Below are positions 40,110 through 53,445 of a stretch of DNA of 64,000 bases, piece after piece. The notes beneath the pieces were generated by a model that saw nothing but the letters and a program-made list of their open reading frames with translations, was not told the origin of the DNA and ran no database searches. The translations under genes and the position numbers were made by a program. Each line of letters starts with the position of its first letter. Positions within the stretch are counted from its first letter, which is position 1. The DNA comes from Mobula hypostoma. Its lineage: Eukaryota. The stretch lies in NCBI RefSeq assembly GCF_963921235.1, contig NC_086097.1:209128001-209192000 (forward strand). The letters run 5' to 3'.

Positions 40110-40679
40110 AAGATTCAGAGAATATGGCGAAGGAAGTGATTGTTTTAAGTATTGCTCTTCTTATCAATGGAAAGTAGGAAAAAGAATATGTTCATTTGGA
40201 TGGTGTCAAATGAAGTTCAATCTTTAGAAAACAAAATTACATGAAAAGAATGCTTCACATAATGTTAGGTTCATTAATCCCTGAACAAATCATGCCTTTC
40301 AACAAAATGAGAATCATTGTTAGGATTTGATAGTTTGAATCGAGACATGAAAGTATTTTGTATTAATTACTACATTTTTTATTGTGTTGTATTATGTTAG
40401 AACATTAAAATACTAATTTTTTGAATTATAGTATTTAAAGTTACTACTTTTAAATGTAAATCCTTAGAATTATTAGCAGGTTGTTGAATTGTTTTATGGT
40501 ATTTTTGGCCTATAGTTGCAGCAAATAAGATTGAATTTGCTTGGTGTATGTGCAAATTTGCTTGGTGTATGTGCAAACTGCAAATTGTTACCACCACTGA
40601 CCTCCCTTCATTTTACAAAGTATTTCTATTAAATTTTATACACAATCCAAAGGTAGTACTTTATGGTCATCATAATTGT

Positions 40680-43310
40680 GAATGTTCAAGAAACGAGACA
40701 GAGCTGGTTGTCTGATGCAAGGAGCACCATCGTCATCAGACTCGTCAGTGGGCTTCTCCCATTGGCCAGAGAACTACTCCTCAGATTAAAATGTGGAAAC
40801 CATCCACCTGGAGATGTAAATGGTTCTTCTCTTCCCATCATGTCAACATGTAGAGTAACGCAGTGTGAAGCTGCAGCCACTTTACCTAGCCTTTCTTGAC
40901 TTCACAAAAACTTTTGACATCATTAGTAAGAACATCCTTCTCAAATTTGGTTGCCAGCAGAAACTTGTCTCTGTCTTTGGTCTGATTCATGAAGGCTTAT
41001 AATCCGCTATCTTTAACATTAGGTACACAGTAAACACACAGAACAGACTAGTGTCGAGTAACGCTCCCAATTATTTTCTCAAATTTTCTTACTGCAACAC
41101 TATATTTTGCCTGTAATTGGCTTCCTGGTAAAATCAAGCTGATCTACAAGGCAAATGGGAAGTTTTTCACCCTTGTCAACCACCCTAGAACCAACTCTCT
41201 GTCACTGAGCTACCATATACATAATAAGACATTAGTTATTTGTTCCCTGAAACAGGAGAGAATGAACTTTACACTGCACATTCAGAAGTCAAAGGTTTTA
41301 TACCAGATTTCCCCCACTGTAAAACACCAGCCTCTGTCAATAAAGATCCATGATATAAAAAAATGTGGACTTCTCTTATCTTGGAAGCCATCTCTAACCA
41401 AGAGCAGATGTGATGATCGTGTCTAACAAGCCTGATAGAGTTCTTTGAGGAGGTGACCAGGCATATAGATGAGGGTAGTGTAGTGGATGTGATCTATATG
41501 GATTTTAGTAAGGCATTTGACAAGGTTCCACACGGTAGGCTTATTCAGAAAGTTAGAAGGCATGGAATCCAGGGAAGTTTGGCCAGGTGGATTCAGAATT
41601 GGCTTACCTGCAGAAGGCAGAGGTTAGTGGTGGAGGGAGTACATTCAGCTTGGAGGATTGTGACTAGTGGTGTCCCACAAGGATCTGTTCTGGGACCTCT
41701 ACTTTTCCTGATTTTTATTAACGACCTGGATGTGGGGTTAGAAGGGTGGGTTGGCAAGTTTGCAGACGACACTAAGGTTGGTGGTGTTGTAGATAGTGTA
41801 GAGGATTGTCAAAGATTGCAGAGAGACATTGATAGGATGCAGAAGTGGGCTGAGAAGTGGCAGATGGAGTTCAACCCAGAGAAGTGTGAGGTGGTACACT
41901 TTGGAAGGACAAACTCCAAGGCAGAGTACAAAGTAAATGGCAGGATACTTGGTAGTGTGGAGGAGCAGAGGGATCTGGGGGTACATGTCCACAGATCCCT
42001 GAAAGTTGCTTCACAGGTGGATAGGGTAGTTAAGAAAGCTTATGGGGTGTTAGCTTTCATAAGTCGAGGGATAGAGTTTAGGAGTCGTGATGTAATGATG
42101 CAGCTCTATAAAACTCTGGTTAGGCCACACTTGGAGTATTGTGTCCAGTTCTGGTCACCTCACTATAGGAAGGATGTGGAAGCATTGGAAAGGGTACAGA
42201 GAAGATTTACCAGGATGCTGCCTGGTTTAGAAAGTATGCATTATGATCAGAGATTAAGGGAGCTAGAGCTTTACTCTTTGGAGAGAAGGAGGATGAGAGG
42301 AGACATGATAGAGGTGTACAAGATAATAAGAGGAATAGATAGAGTGGACAGCCAGCGCCTCTTCCCCAGGGCACCACTGCTCAATACAAGAGGACATGGC
42401 TTTAAGGTAAGGGGTGGGAAGTTCAAGGGGGATATCAGAGGAAGGTTTTTTACTCAGAGAGTGGTTGGTGCGTGGAATGCACTGCCTGAATCAGTGGTGG
42501 AGGCAGATACACTAGTGAAGTTTAAGAGACTACTAGACAGGTATATGGAGGAATCTAAGGTGGGGGCTTATATGGGAGGCAGGGTTTGAGGGTCGGCACA
42601 ACATTGTGGGCTGAAGGGCCTGAACTGTGCTGTACTATTCTATGTTCTATGTTCTATGATGAAATTGACTACTGCTTTCAATGTACCACCACAGCCTTTG
42701 TGATAAAATTACTTAAAATGTAAAATCTCGGTGCTGGCACAGAAGTCATGGTCTACAAGGCAACAGTTGTCCCTACTTTCCGTGATGTTTCATGCATCAC
42801 CCACAGCAGGACCTCAAAGTACTGGAGATAGTCCACCACAGCTGTCTCTACTACATCATTCCAATCCACTAGTAGGATCAGCAAATGATTGCCAGAGTCC
42901 TCTCTCAGGCCAACTTGGACAACACTAAGGTGCTAAGTTTAGTTGATTCAGATTGGCTAGCCATGTTATTTGTATACCTGACACCTGATTCCCAAACTCC
43001 ATCACAGAAAATGGCAGGGAGGAAGATTCAAAGATATGTTCACAGCCTTCTTGAAAGTGTGCAACATTCCCACTAACCTTTGGGTATCCTTGGCGTAAGA
43101 CCACTAAAAACGGAAAATCTACTCAACAGGAGGGGAATGCATTCCAGAGTAAATATCAGAATGCAATACTTCCTAAAGTACATTCTCTGTCCCAGCTGTA
43201 GAAGTCCACAGATCTCATGTTGGCTTCACTAGATAGATGAGAACCTACAGAACATGAATGGAAGCAAATCATCTATAAGCCTGTTGGCTTGCCTATAAAC
43301 AGAAGAGTAA
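40680..43310 (+). mobile_element. Old, heavily degraded RTE-like LINE interrupted by a young CR1
   Basis: Remnants such as FLDFTKTFD, YLGSHL and KVMVYKATV on both sides of the CR1 insertion. Confidence 0.5.
41417..42656 (+). mobile_element. Young 5'-truncated CR1 LINE with an uninterrupted RT frame (to 42589)
   Basis: [43 protein letters not shown]; (TTCTATG)n tail; TSD TGATGA at 41411-41416 and 42657-42662. Confidence 0.92.
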
Positions 43311-44779
43311 AATGTGTCATCTGTTCATCATGTACACTGGTGCGAAGATCTAAGTTATCTAAATAGAATGTGCATTTATTATATAATCAGGAATAACATT
43401 TAAAAGTCACAGGAACTCTGGTTATCATTAAAGTACAATTTTAAGTCATGTTGGAAAGATTGCAAGAGAATTGTAATTACATCAGTATTTTCTTTTATGA
43501 CCACTTGTACTCTGTTGAACTCAAGGGAAAGTATTGGAGAATGACTGCAGTGTGTTCAAAGGATTGGAAAAGTCATCAGAAAATAATGGCTAAGGGAAAG
43601 GGAGGGTGATCAAGGCAAGTAGTAAATTGATGATACTTATAAATAAAGGACAATATGTGGAAATATAAGTCTTTGTTCAACGTATTCAAGATTGATTCGC
43701 TGTAACCTGGTGGAGAGGAATGAATAGAAGGCAAGGGCAGAACTCTCCTGAGAAGATTTTCACTTAAAGAGAGGGCCTGTCTGACTATAATATGGCAGTG
43801 ATGATAAAAGAATAGTATCCAAAAAAACATTAAGCCTTTCCTGTAACATAATTACTGAAAAATGCCATAAAATAGAGAAGAGAGAATTGTTTCCTCATTT
43901 ACTATGCCAATAACAGCAACTGTAAATGTTTCTGTTAGATACAGTTGCTAATATGGAAGATCTTGAAAACAACTGTCTATTAAGTGAGTTGAACCTTACT
44001 TAACCTACAAATAGCACATAAAATAATTGATATTAGTAAAACGCTGAAACTGAGAGTAATTCAAACCCCAGCTAACTATTTAAAAATGCATACGACTCCA
44101 GAAACAACAAATATTTAGAGGAGTTCTTGTTTGATTACTGTCTACACATGGACAGATTAGCACCAGTGATAAAAAACATGGCCAGAGAAGCTGATTTCAA
44201 GCAGCATTGTAAAAGGAGAGAGAGAGATGCTTAGTGAAGGGGTTGCTAATTTTGGAGTCAATAGTGCAAGGTGATCTGATAAATACCTCAAACAATTGAA
44301 ATTGCATTCTTTGATTTTAAGGAAATGGAGATGGAAGCTCTGTTGAGCAATTGAGTGTGAGGGAGCTAGTATTGCAAAGGAAATGCAAGGCAAAATTGGC
44401 GTATATTCGAGCAGGTCAGCAGCTTCTAAACAGTCATGATTATAGGCTTAACGACTAAATAATCGTGTAATTGAATGTATGTTGTTTAGATGAATAGAAG
44501 CAGAAAGAAGTTATCAGACGGGACTGTAATTAATACAATATTAGTTTTTAAGGAATACCTCGAACAATCAGAAGAACTCATTACACCTTCAGGAATTTGG
44601 AGGGAATCTGGATAGACCATGAGCCTCTAGAGATAAGCAGCACTTGGGAAATCTAGATGTTTTTCTTCAGACACTGCATGCTAAGTGACCTTCTGTGTAT
44701 GGATATCACAGCAAAGGCCAGAATTCACTGCTTTTGACTCTTTCAAAGGCTACAAATACGGCAACCACTAAATGATATA

Positions 44780-45205
44780 TCTAGGAATGAAAGCGTTGTT
44801 AGTTGTGTGCTTGGAGGCAAGAAGCAAGAGTAATTTATAAAAGAGCTATAAAGAAGAATGAAGGGCGATTTTATTGAATATTGAAAGGCCTATATAGAGT
44901 AGACGTGGAGAGGATGCTTCCTATAGTGGGGAAGTCAAGAATCAGAGGGCACAGCTTTGGAGTGAAAGATCATCCTTTTAGAACAGAGATTAGGAGGAGT
45001 TTCCTTTGCCAGAGGGTGGTGCCACAGATGGCTCTGGAGGCCAAGGCATTGGGTATAATTAAGGAGGAGGATAATAGTTTCTTGATTAGTAAGGGCATTA
45101 AAGATTATAGGGAGAAGGCAGGAGAATGAGGTTGTGAGGTATGGAATGGCACAGCAGACTTGATGGGCTGAATGGCCTAACTCTGCTCCTATGTCTTATG
45201 GTCGT
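44780..45205 (+). mobile_element. CR1 3' fragment
   Basis: KGLYRVDVERM..RIRGHS plus 3' UTR ending CTCCTATGTCTTATGG. Confidence 0.7.
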
Positions 45206-47419
45206 AGATAGGAGACGTAACAATTTTGGCAAGGTTATTGAACTTACAAACCATTGATTCTGTATTAAGATCATGTCCTGGTAGCTAACCTACTGGCACT
45301 GACTTCCTTAGCGACTTCTCCAGCTTCAGTGCAGGTGTAGGCTTTTGAGCTTTTTGCCTTCTAGGAAGAAAGAGAACTCTCTCCTCCTTTGAACAGCCTT
45401 GACCAAGGCACCTGGCTTTCCCAGTGGAACCTGGATTCCTCCACTTGCTAGCATTGCTAGGAGGATAATTTTTATTTCAACTTCTAGTTAACTTTGATTG
45501 TCCTTTTAAGCCATTTCAGTTGGCAGATAAGACTTAAGGAGTATATCTCAGACCAAATAAGATGAGCATTCCTTTCTTTGCTAAGGAACATTAGTATATC
45601 CATTTTTAAACTACAAGTTGACAGTATCGTGGTAAATACCACCAAAACTAGCTTTTTATTCCGGAGTTATTTTATTTTAAAAAATAAAAATAAAGATTCT
45701 AATGACTTATTGGTCATACTTTCTCGTGACCTCGTTAGACAGAAAAAATGTTCACGACTCACTGCATTCTTTCTCCAAAGCTATTTTATTCTGATCATAG
45801 AGACTCAGCCACGGGGTGTAATTTTGGAATGGGATACATTTTAAACCAAGGCATGTTGACTTTAAACACATCTGTTTTAGTGAAATATCTGATTTTATCT
45901 GTTAAAAGGTCCATTCTGTTCTTGCCATGTGCTGTCTTGTAATATTTCCTCACGTGGTTTATATTGATAATGAGCAGGGAGAGGAAACATTAGTATTCAA
46001 TATGTTATAAAGTCTTTGATACCGGTTGTCCTAGAAATGCAAATTTTTAACTATCAGTTGCCTATTTTAAGCAATCTTCACCATCAACATTGCCTCATTA
46101 CATTTGATTCTAATGTGTTTAGAAACACAGTAGCAGTGGAATTATGGCTGAGTCAGTGAATGACTCCTAGTTGCGGCATGCTTTTATTACAGCAGTTCCA
46201 CCAGCACAACACAGTAAACACTAGTGTATATCTAGGTACTAGCCTTGGGATCGTTCACACCTTTTTAAAAAGCCACAGAAGTGCAGCTAGTTATTACGGT
46301 AGGCATATATTTTTAATTTCATTAAAGTGAGATGATTTTATCTGTAAATGTGATAAACAATTGGCTCTTCCAGTTTCTGCTTTGTAATTAACTGTGCTAG
46401 CTTCATCTTAAATCCCAAATTTTTATTAATGAATGAACTTATTGGATATGTTACTATGTACAATAAATTAAGTACTTCTGATGTATGAGAAATGATTTAA
46501 AACCTCGTATACTGCTTTCCATGTTATGGTTATCCAAGAGATACAGGCAATGCTGGCCTGACTTGCGAGAGATCTGACTTTATACAAATTCTCCCATGTT
46601 TTGCCGCGGTTCAACCTATAATGACACGTCACATCTTACTTCCAAAGCAGAAATTGTGAGATTTCTTATGCTACCCATAATCTACAACAGTGAAAATAAT
46701 GGAGTAGTTGTGTGTATAGATGCTGTTAGTCCTGTACATTTGTTAGAGTTAGGGTTAAACATTTGAAGTAGAAATATTACAATTCCACAAGAAAATAAGT
46801 TGATGTTGCTTCCTCAGATCAAACAACAATCTAAAACAATCCCACAGAAATATTTAGTTTGAAGATCAGTTCAGACTGGAATAAAAAGCAGTCAATAGTC
46901 TAAACCCAGCAATATTATTTATGGAGCATATTTTAAAATGAAAATTTTAAATCAGTAAATCATTAATCTTTAACATTATACTTTAAACAAAATTTGACAC
47001 CAATCTTTTTCAAAGATACTTTGTCTTTCTAAGTTAATAGATCAGGCTGTAATATTAACATATGTTTTGGTTTGGGGGATATTGTTCATTTCTGACTTCT
47101 GGAAAATTCAGTTTGTGGATGTTTTTCAGATGTTGGAACCCATTACATAACCCATGGACTGGCTGTGTTCTATCCTGGATGTATGAATGAGATCCCAGTT
47201 AAAAGTTGTGCAAAAAGCTTTCTTGGCATGAGGTTTTATTAAACATGCATCTGAATGTGGTGTATTGTTTGGTAAAACATCACTGAGCATTGTTAAATGT
47301 ATGCTGTTTGTGATTTCATCCTTTGATTTTATGTGAATCCTTGGATATTCACTAATTTATCCACAGAGCTGGCTACAAATAGGGAAGAATAATAGGTACA
47401 GGAGGTAAGGCTTCCACGG

Positions 47420-47675
47420 ACAGTTTATTTAGAGATACAGTGCGGAATAGGCGCTTCTGGCCCTTCAAGTTGCACCGCACAGCAACCTCAATTTTAAACC
47501 TTGCCTAATCACAAGACAATTTACAATGACCAATTAACCTACTAACCTTAGGTCTGGGCACCCAGAGGAACCCCATGCATTCCACAGGGAAGTTGTACAA
47601 ACACCTTGCAGGGGATGCTGGGATTGAACTCTGAACTCTGACATGCTAAGCTGTAATAGCATCGCTACCATGGTG
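47420..47675 (-). mobile_element. tRNA-derived SINE (HE1/V-SINE-like)
   Basis: Reverse-strand B-box-like GAGTTCAATCCC near 47620-47632, V-domain-like core and CR1-like 3' tail; family assigned from memory. Confidence 0.5.
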
Positions 47676-48297
47676 CCCCTACAGTTCTGGGTTATAGAGG
47701 TATACTGAATTATTGTGAATTTTCAAGTCGATTTTGTAAAATAATTTTTGCAGTTTATAACTGACTTACAACAATCACTGAATTAAATTTTTCTTTTGCT
47801 GTGCCTAAATCTTGATTAAAATTTATGCAAGCTGAAACATGTGGTGTGTGATTGGCAAGTAATAACCTGATGAAAGGTCTTGGCCCAAAATGCCAGTGGT
47901 TATGGCATTTCAATTCTGCACATTTTCTTTAATTATATTAATGACCTAGAAATTCATTCCATTTGAAATCTATGCAATAGCTATGCATTCAAATACACAA
48001 AATGAGAGGCGTTATTTAGTCTGCTCTAGTTGGCCCATGAAGTTCATATCTATGCTTAGTGTAAAGAATTAAATACAACATATCTTTTGCACCCATATGC
48101 TGATGAGTACTTACAGGAGTCTTTGCACCAAGCACCAATTGAACAGAACCTATGCTGAATGTGCTCACTGAACACAACCATTGCCTGGAAGCATTTCACC
48201 CCTTGCAAGTTTCAGGCTGGATACTAGAGTGGTCACCCGAATTCTCAAGCATTGGATTGAAATTCTTTGATGAAAATGTTGAGACCAAGAGCAAGGC

Positions 48298-49660
48298 CAT
48301 AAAATCATAGAGTAATACGGCACAGAAACAGGATCTTCAGCCCAACTGAACCATGCCAAGCACAACATCCTCCTTGTCTATCCCAGTTGCCTGAGTTGGG
48401 CCCTCAGCCCTTCCCTTCAAGCCCCTCCCCTCCACGTACCTATCCAACTACCTGTGCAATGCTGCCTCTACCGCTTCCTCTAGCAGCTTACTCCAGGTTC
48501 TCACAACCCTCTGTGTAAAGTTATCTTTCATGTCTCCCCTTTAAAATCTCTTTTACACACTTTCCAGCTTGACAATGCCCTTTCTATGACAGGATGACCA
48601 AAACAGTGTACAATACTCCAAGTGCAACCTCACCAACTTATATAACTGTAACATAATACCCATACTCCCAAATGTTGCCCTGACAGATGTGGGCTGATGA
48701 AGGCCAGCATGCCGAACACCTTCTTACCACCCTGTCAACTTGCACAGCTGCTTTTGGTGAACTGTGCACCATACTCCCAGGTCCCTCTCTTCCATAACAT
48801 TTCCCATTGCCCTGTCTTTCACTGTATGTGTCCCACCCTGGTTTTTCTATCCAAAATGCATTAGCTACAATTATTTGAGTTGAACTCCATCGTTGTTCCT
48901 CATCTCATCTCCCTAACTGATCAAGATCTCTGCAATTCACTGTGACCGGCTTTACTGTCAACAAGACCCTTAACTGAGTATCATCAACAAACTTGCTAAT
49001 TATGCCATGTATACAGTACTCTTCAAAAGTTTTGTACATAACTAGGGTGTCTAAGACTTTTGCACTGTACTCTATTTGTCAATGTGGAGCAGAGAGCAAA
49101 TTTGTAAATCTGGCAGGAGCAAAGGATGTTGGGAATGGTGAGGGTAGAGCATCACGGGAGGAGCGCAGGATGGGTGGTAGAGTGCCAGGGGCAAGGGGTT
49201 ACCTGGGTGCAGACACACCCAGCCCTGAGACACCAGGCAAGGTCATTTGATTCCAAACAATTGGTTTATTAATCATTACAGAATGTCTCTCTGGTGCTTC
49301 CTGCTTCCTCCCCTCTCCTCTTTTTCCCAACCATGATTCCCCAGTCCCTCTTCCTTTCCCACTCTCAGTCCACAATAGAGACCCATATCAGAATACGTTT
49401 TATCATCACCCACAAGTCATGGAATTTGTTTGTTTTTGTAGCAGCAGTACAGTGCAATATATAAAATTACTACAGTATTGTGCAAAATTCTTAGGCACCC
49501 TAGCTATATACTGTATTTTTGCACAGTACTGTATCCAAGTCATTTCCATAAGTAATGAATAACAGAAGTTCCAACACTGACCTCTGTAGCCCCCTCCTAG
49601 TCCCAGGCCTCCAGCTGGAGAATCAACCTTCAACCGTCAGACTGCTTCCAATCACCAAGC
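48298..49660 (-). mobile_element. Old CR1 fragment interrupted by a MITE
   Basis: CR1-type 3' end and degraded RT sequence on both sides of 49014-49531. Confidence 0.55.
49014..49531. mobile_element. Non-autonomous Tc1/mariner-type MITE
   Basis: TA-CAGTACT...AGTACTG-TA ends with compound inverted terminal blocks (CTAGGGTGTCTAAGACTTTTGCA vs TGCAAAATTCTTAGGCACCCTAG). Confidence 0.65.
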
Positions 49661-49688
49661 ACTAATTTTCTTCCTATTTTCACCGTAG

Positions 49689-49852
49689 GAATTAAATGGA
49701 AGGTAACTGTTCGCACCAGTGATCTACCAACTGCAGGTACTACGGCTGAGGTTCACATAGTTATCTATGGTGATGAAGGAAATTCAAGAATACTTTTGCT
49801 TCATGGAAAATCGCAAGAAAAATTTCAAAGTGGGCAAAAAGATGTTTTCCTT
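49689..49852 (+). CDS. RP1: RP1 long-isoform exon: N-terminal half of a PLAT/LH2 domain
   Basis: (R)IKWKVTVRTSDLPTAGTTAEVHIVIYGDEGNSRILLLHGKSQEKFQSGQKDVFL; acceptor TTTTCACCGTAG at 49688 (phase 1, fits exon 3); donor CTT|GTACGT at 49852 (phase 0). Confidence 0.85.
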
Positions 49853-50092
49853 GTACGTACTACTTGATAGTGACATGATTATTATATATGATACAGATTT
49901 TAATTTAAAAGGGTTCTTTAGAGCATTTTACAGTACAGTAAATATGTTGATAAGTTTTTCTTGAGATTCTGCAATCTTTTAGATAGCTTCAGATTGTTTC
50001 TGGGATCTTCTAACCAGACCCATCATATTCTGATGATTTTGGAATTTAAATTAATTGACTTTAAATGAGCACATCCACAGTGCCAATTTAAT

Positions 50093-50191
50093 GTCCTGAT
50101 GAAGGGTCTCAACCTGAAACATCAACTGCTTACTAATTTCCATAGATGCTGCCTGACCTGCTAAGCTCCTCCAGCATTTTATGTTTGTTGC
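50093..50191 (+). repeat. Short Penelope pLTR-derived element with a hammerhead core
   Basis: GTCCTGATGAAGGGTCTCAACCTGAAACATCAAC..ATAGATGCTGCCTGACCTGCT..CCAGCA. Confidence 0.65.
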
Positions 50192-50469
50192 CAATTTAAT
50201 GTTGCTTTGCTTGCAAATTCCCTTAAATACATTTTTCTGTTATTTTCTATTACATTTAAAAAAACATTCAATGCTGTCCTTTGTTTTACTTATGTTAGTT
50301 TTACTACAAATTGTTCCCAGGATTCAGTATGTCTGGTTTATGTTGGACTTGCAATAATAGGCATTAAATTAATGGGCATAAAATTATAAGAAGCTTTTAG
50401 GCTTTTTTTAATCAGCGATGATCTATAGTGTGTAGGTGGGGTTGGATCTGGTGAGAATAAAGTTGGAAG

Positions 50470-51610
50470 AGATTGGAGGCACTCAGCAACTGTGGAAAGA
50501 GAAACAGGTTTCAGCTGTATGACCCTTCATCAGAACTGGGGAAGGAAGCAGGCAAGATAGTTTTCAAAAACAGAAAAGGTGGATAGGGCCAAAGGAATGT
50601 CTCTGATAGGGTGAGATCATACCAATTAATGCAGCAGTTGGAGTAGAAATTAAAAGAACATCGAGCTTCTTTGTCTATATAATCTGTTGTTAACAACAAA
50701 GCTGCTTGCTGGCCAGTCTATACCAGCAGAAAAATGAAATAGCTGAGGCAAAGTGTCCTGCTGAAGGGTCTCGGCCCAAAACATCGACTGTACTCTTTTC
50801 CATAGATGCTGCCTGGCCTGCTGAGTTCCTCCAACATTTTGTGTGTGTTGCTTGGATTTACAGCCTCTGCAGATGTTCTCTCATTTGTGAGCCAAAATGA
50901 TGATGGGCAGATACGGCCAGTCCTGAGACAGAGTGAGAGAAAGAGCGAGTTACCTAAAATTGACGAATTCAAGTCAGGAAGACTGCAACGTGCCCAGATA
51001 ACAGATGCACTGTTGTTCCTTCAATCTTATTGTAACACTGCAGGAGGTCACAAGTAGAGAGAGATGGGAAATTAAGCTGGCAAGAAGCTCAGCATTGCTC
51101 ATGTGAACTGACTGCAGGTGCTCTGCAAAGCAATCTTCTGATCGGCATTCGGTGTCTACAGTATAGAGGAGACCACACTGTGAACACTAAATACAATGCA
51201 CTAGATTGAAGAGGTGAAAATGAATTGTTGCTTTTCTTGGAAATGCGGTTTGGTCCTTGGATAAAGGGAAGGGAGGAGGTGAAGGAACAGATGCTGCATA
51301 TCTTGTAGTTGCATGTAGAGGTACCATAACATGGGGAGTGGTTGCTACAAGTGGAAGAACAGTCACAATGAGAGACATCCTTTCAAAATGCTGAATGGAA
51401 AATCGAGGAGAATATTTATGTGAGCATGGGATCTTGTGCAGACCGCAGAAATTAAAACGGATGATCTATTGAAAGAGAAGGCTGGTGAGGAGCAGGAGAA
51501 TTTTGTTCTCACTGTGTCTCAAAGAAAAGGGCCTGACAGCAGAGGTGCAGGAAATTGATGAGATGCACCCAGGGGATCTGTCCAGTATGGCATACAGGAT
51601 GCCATGGTTT
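50470..51610 (-). mobile_element. Old degraded Penelope copy (GIY-YIG region + pLTR), with a younger + strand pLTR-derived insert at about 50755-50885
   Basis: 51120-51300 aligns by eye with 6320-6500; hammerhead-like cores at 50507-50537 (-) and 50755-50790 (+). Confidence 0.6.
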
Positions 51611-52155
51611 AAGAAGAATATTTTGAAGATTTTAATGTTTGTAGTTGTTATGGAAGGTAGTTAAATTCTTCCTTATTGAAGGTGGTAATTTCCCGACAAT
51701 AGTATTGTACACTTGAACATGATAAAAGTATTCATTTGTGAAATATTTCCTTTTTATGTGTCCCACATTCAATATAAAACAATAGCAATTAAGTTGCCAA
51801 CAGTAAATGACTTAATTATTGAATATTGACAAGGCAAGCTAATTTGACATGTTGAATTTCTTTCCTAAGAGCCTTAAGGTGCCTTAATGTATACAGTATA
51901 CAACCTGAAATTCTTACTCTTCCCAGACATCCACAAAAGGAAAGAAAACCCCAAAGCATGAATGACAAAAACATTAGAACCCTAAAGCCCCCCTTTTTTG
52001 AAGCTGTTTGTGTTAGACAGGTGCACTGCAGTGTGAGGAGAGAGGAAAACATCTTCTGACCTCTTGCTTGAAAATGTGTGTTTAAATGTTAAAGAAGTTA
52101 CTGGCAGTAGCAACCCACATCTGCTTGCCACTCAGCTATAAGATTTCCACATATA

Positions 52156-53445
52156 TAGTGCCTTGAAAAAGTATTCAGACCTCACAGCTCTTTTCACATT
52201 TTACTGTCTCATTTTCTAAATCTAAAATATATTGAAGTAGGATTTTTAAGCTAATCTACAAAACATTGTGCGTTATGTCAAATCAGAAGAAAGATTCCAC
52301 AACCTGTCAACAATTTACTAAAAATTAAAAACCAAAATTGTGAGGCTAAAAATGTATTCATTCTCTTTGTAATTACTATGCTAACTTTCCTCAGGTGTAA
52401 TATATTACCTTACCAACTCACCCAATTGGTTAATGTAGAAGACTGGGGTATCATCTGTTTTCAATTAATTCATAAGAATAAATACTCCCTTTATCTGTAA
52501 GGTTAAACAGTATGGTAGATTTGCAACAGACGAAACAAAAATGAAGACAAAAGAGCATTCAACACAAGTCAGGGGAATGATAGAGAAGCACAAATCTGGG
52601 GATGGGTACAAGACCATCTCAAAGGCACTGAACATACCTCAGAGGTCAGTGCAGTCCATTGTGAAAAAGTATGAACCATAGCCACACTGCCTAGGTCAGG
52701 CCTCTCCCCTCTAAACTTATTCACCAGAGATGAATGGCATTTGTGAGAGAGGCTACTGTGATCCCCACAGTCACTGAGTGAGCTGTAGAAGTCAGTGGCT
52801 GCAAATGGAGATGAAGTTCATGGCTCCACAATCTCTAAGGCCTTGCACAAAAGGGGTATTTATGGAAGAGTGGCAAGGAAGAAGCTCTGGCTAAAAAAAA
52901 TGTATATCCTTGCCTGTGATAACTTTGTAAACTGTCACTGTAAAGATGTCTTGTGGTTGGATGAGACTAAAGTGGAACTTAGCCTCAACGCTAAGCAGTA
53001 CGTGTGGCGTAAATCTAATATTGTGCATCAGCCAGATAACACTATCCCTACTGAAAAGTATGGTGGAGGTAGCATCATGCTGTGGGGATGCTTTTCAGTA
53101 GTAGGGACTGGTAATCCGGTCAGGATTGATGTGAAAATAAATGCTGCTAAATACAGAGAGATTCTGGATAAAAAAAAACAATTTGCTTTCCTGTGCCAGA
53201 AAGCTTAAACTGGGAGGAAGTTCATCATTCAGCATGACAAAGACCCTATACACACTGCCAGAGCAACCGTGGAGTGGTTTCAAATGAAGAAAATTGATGT
53301 CCTTGAGCAGCCTAGTCAGAGTCCTGACTTTAACCCAATGGAACATCTCTGGTAAGACCTCAAGATTGCTGTCCACCGCTGCTTCTCAACTAACCTGGCA
53401 AAACTTGAGCAATTTTGTGTGGAGGAGTGGGCAAATCTTGTTCAC
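52156..53445 (+). mobile_element. Tc1 transposon, frameshifted transposase, right TIR not seen
   Basis: Left end TAGTGCCTTGAAAAAGTATTCA; start MKTKEHS at 52541; GRVARKK, W.DETK, GGGSIMLWGCF, QHDKDP.H and [11 protein letters not shown] (DDE motifs). Confidence 0.88.

Noticed and set aside
40534..40577. ~21-bp tandem duplication (AATTTGCTTGGTGTATGTGCA) after the RP1 stop
   Set aside because: Simple two-copy slippage with no evidence of function
49767..49964. 65-aa ORF from the track
   Set aside because: Wrong frame; the PLAT exon uses a different frame and ends at the 49852 donor
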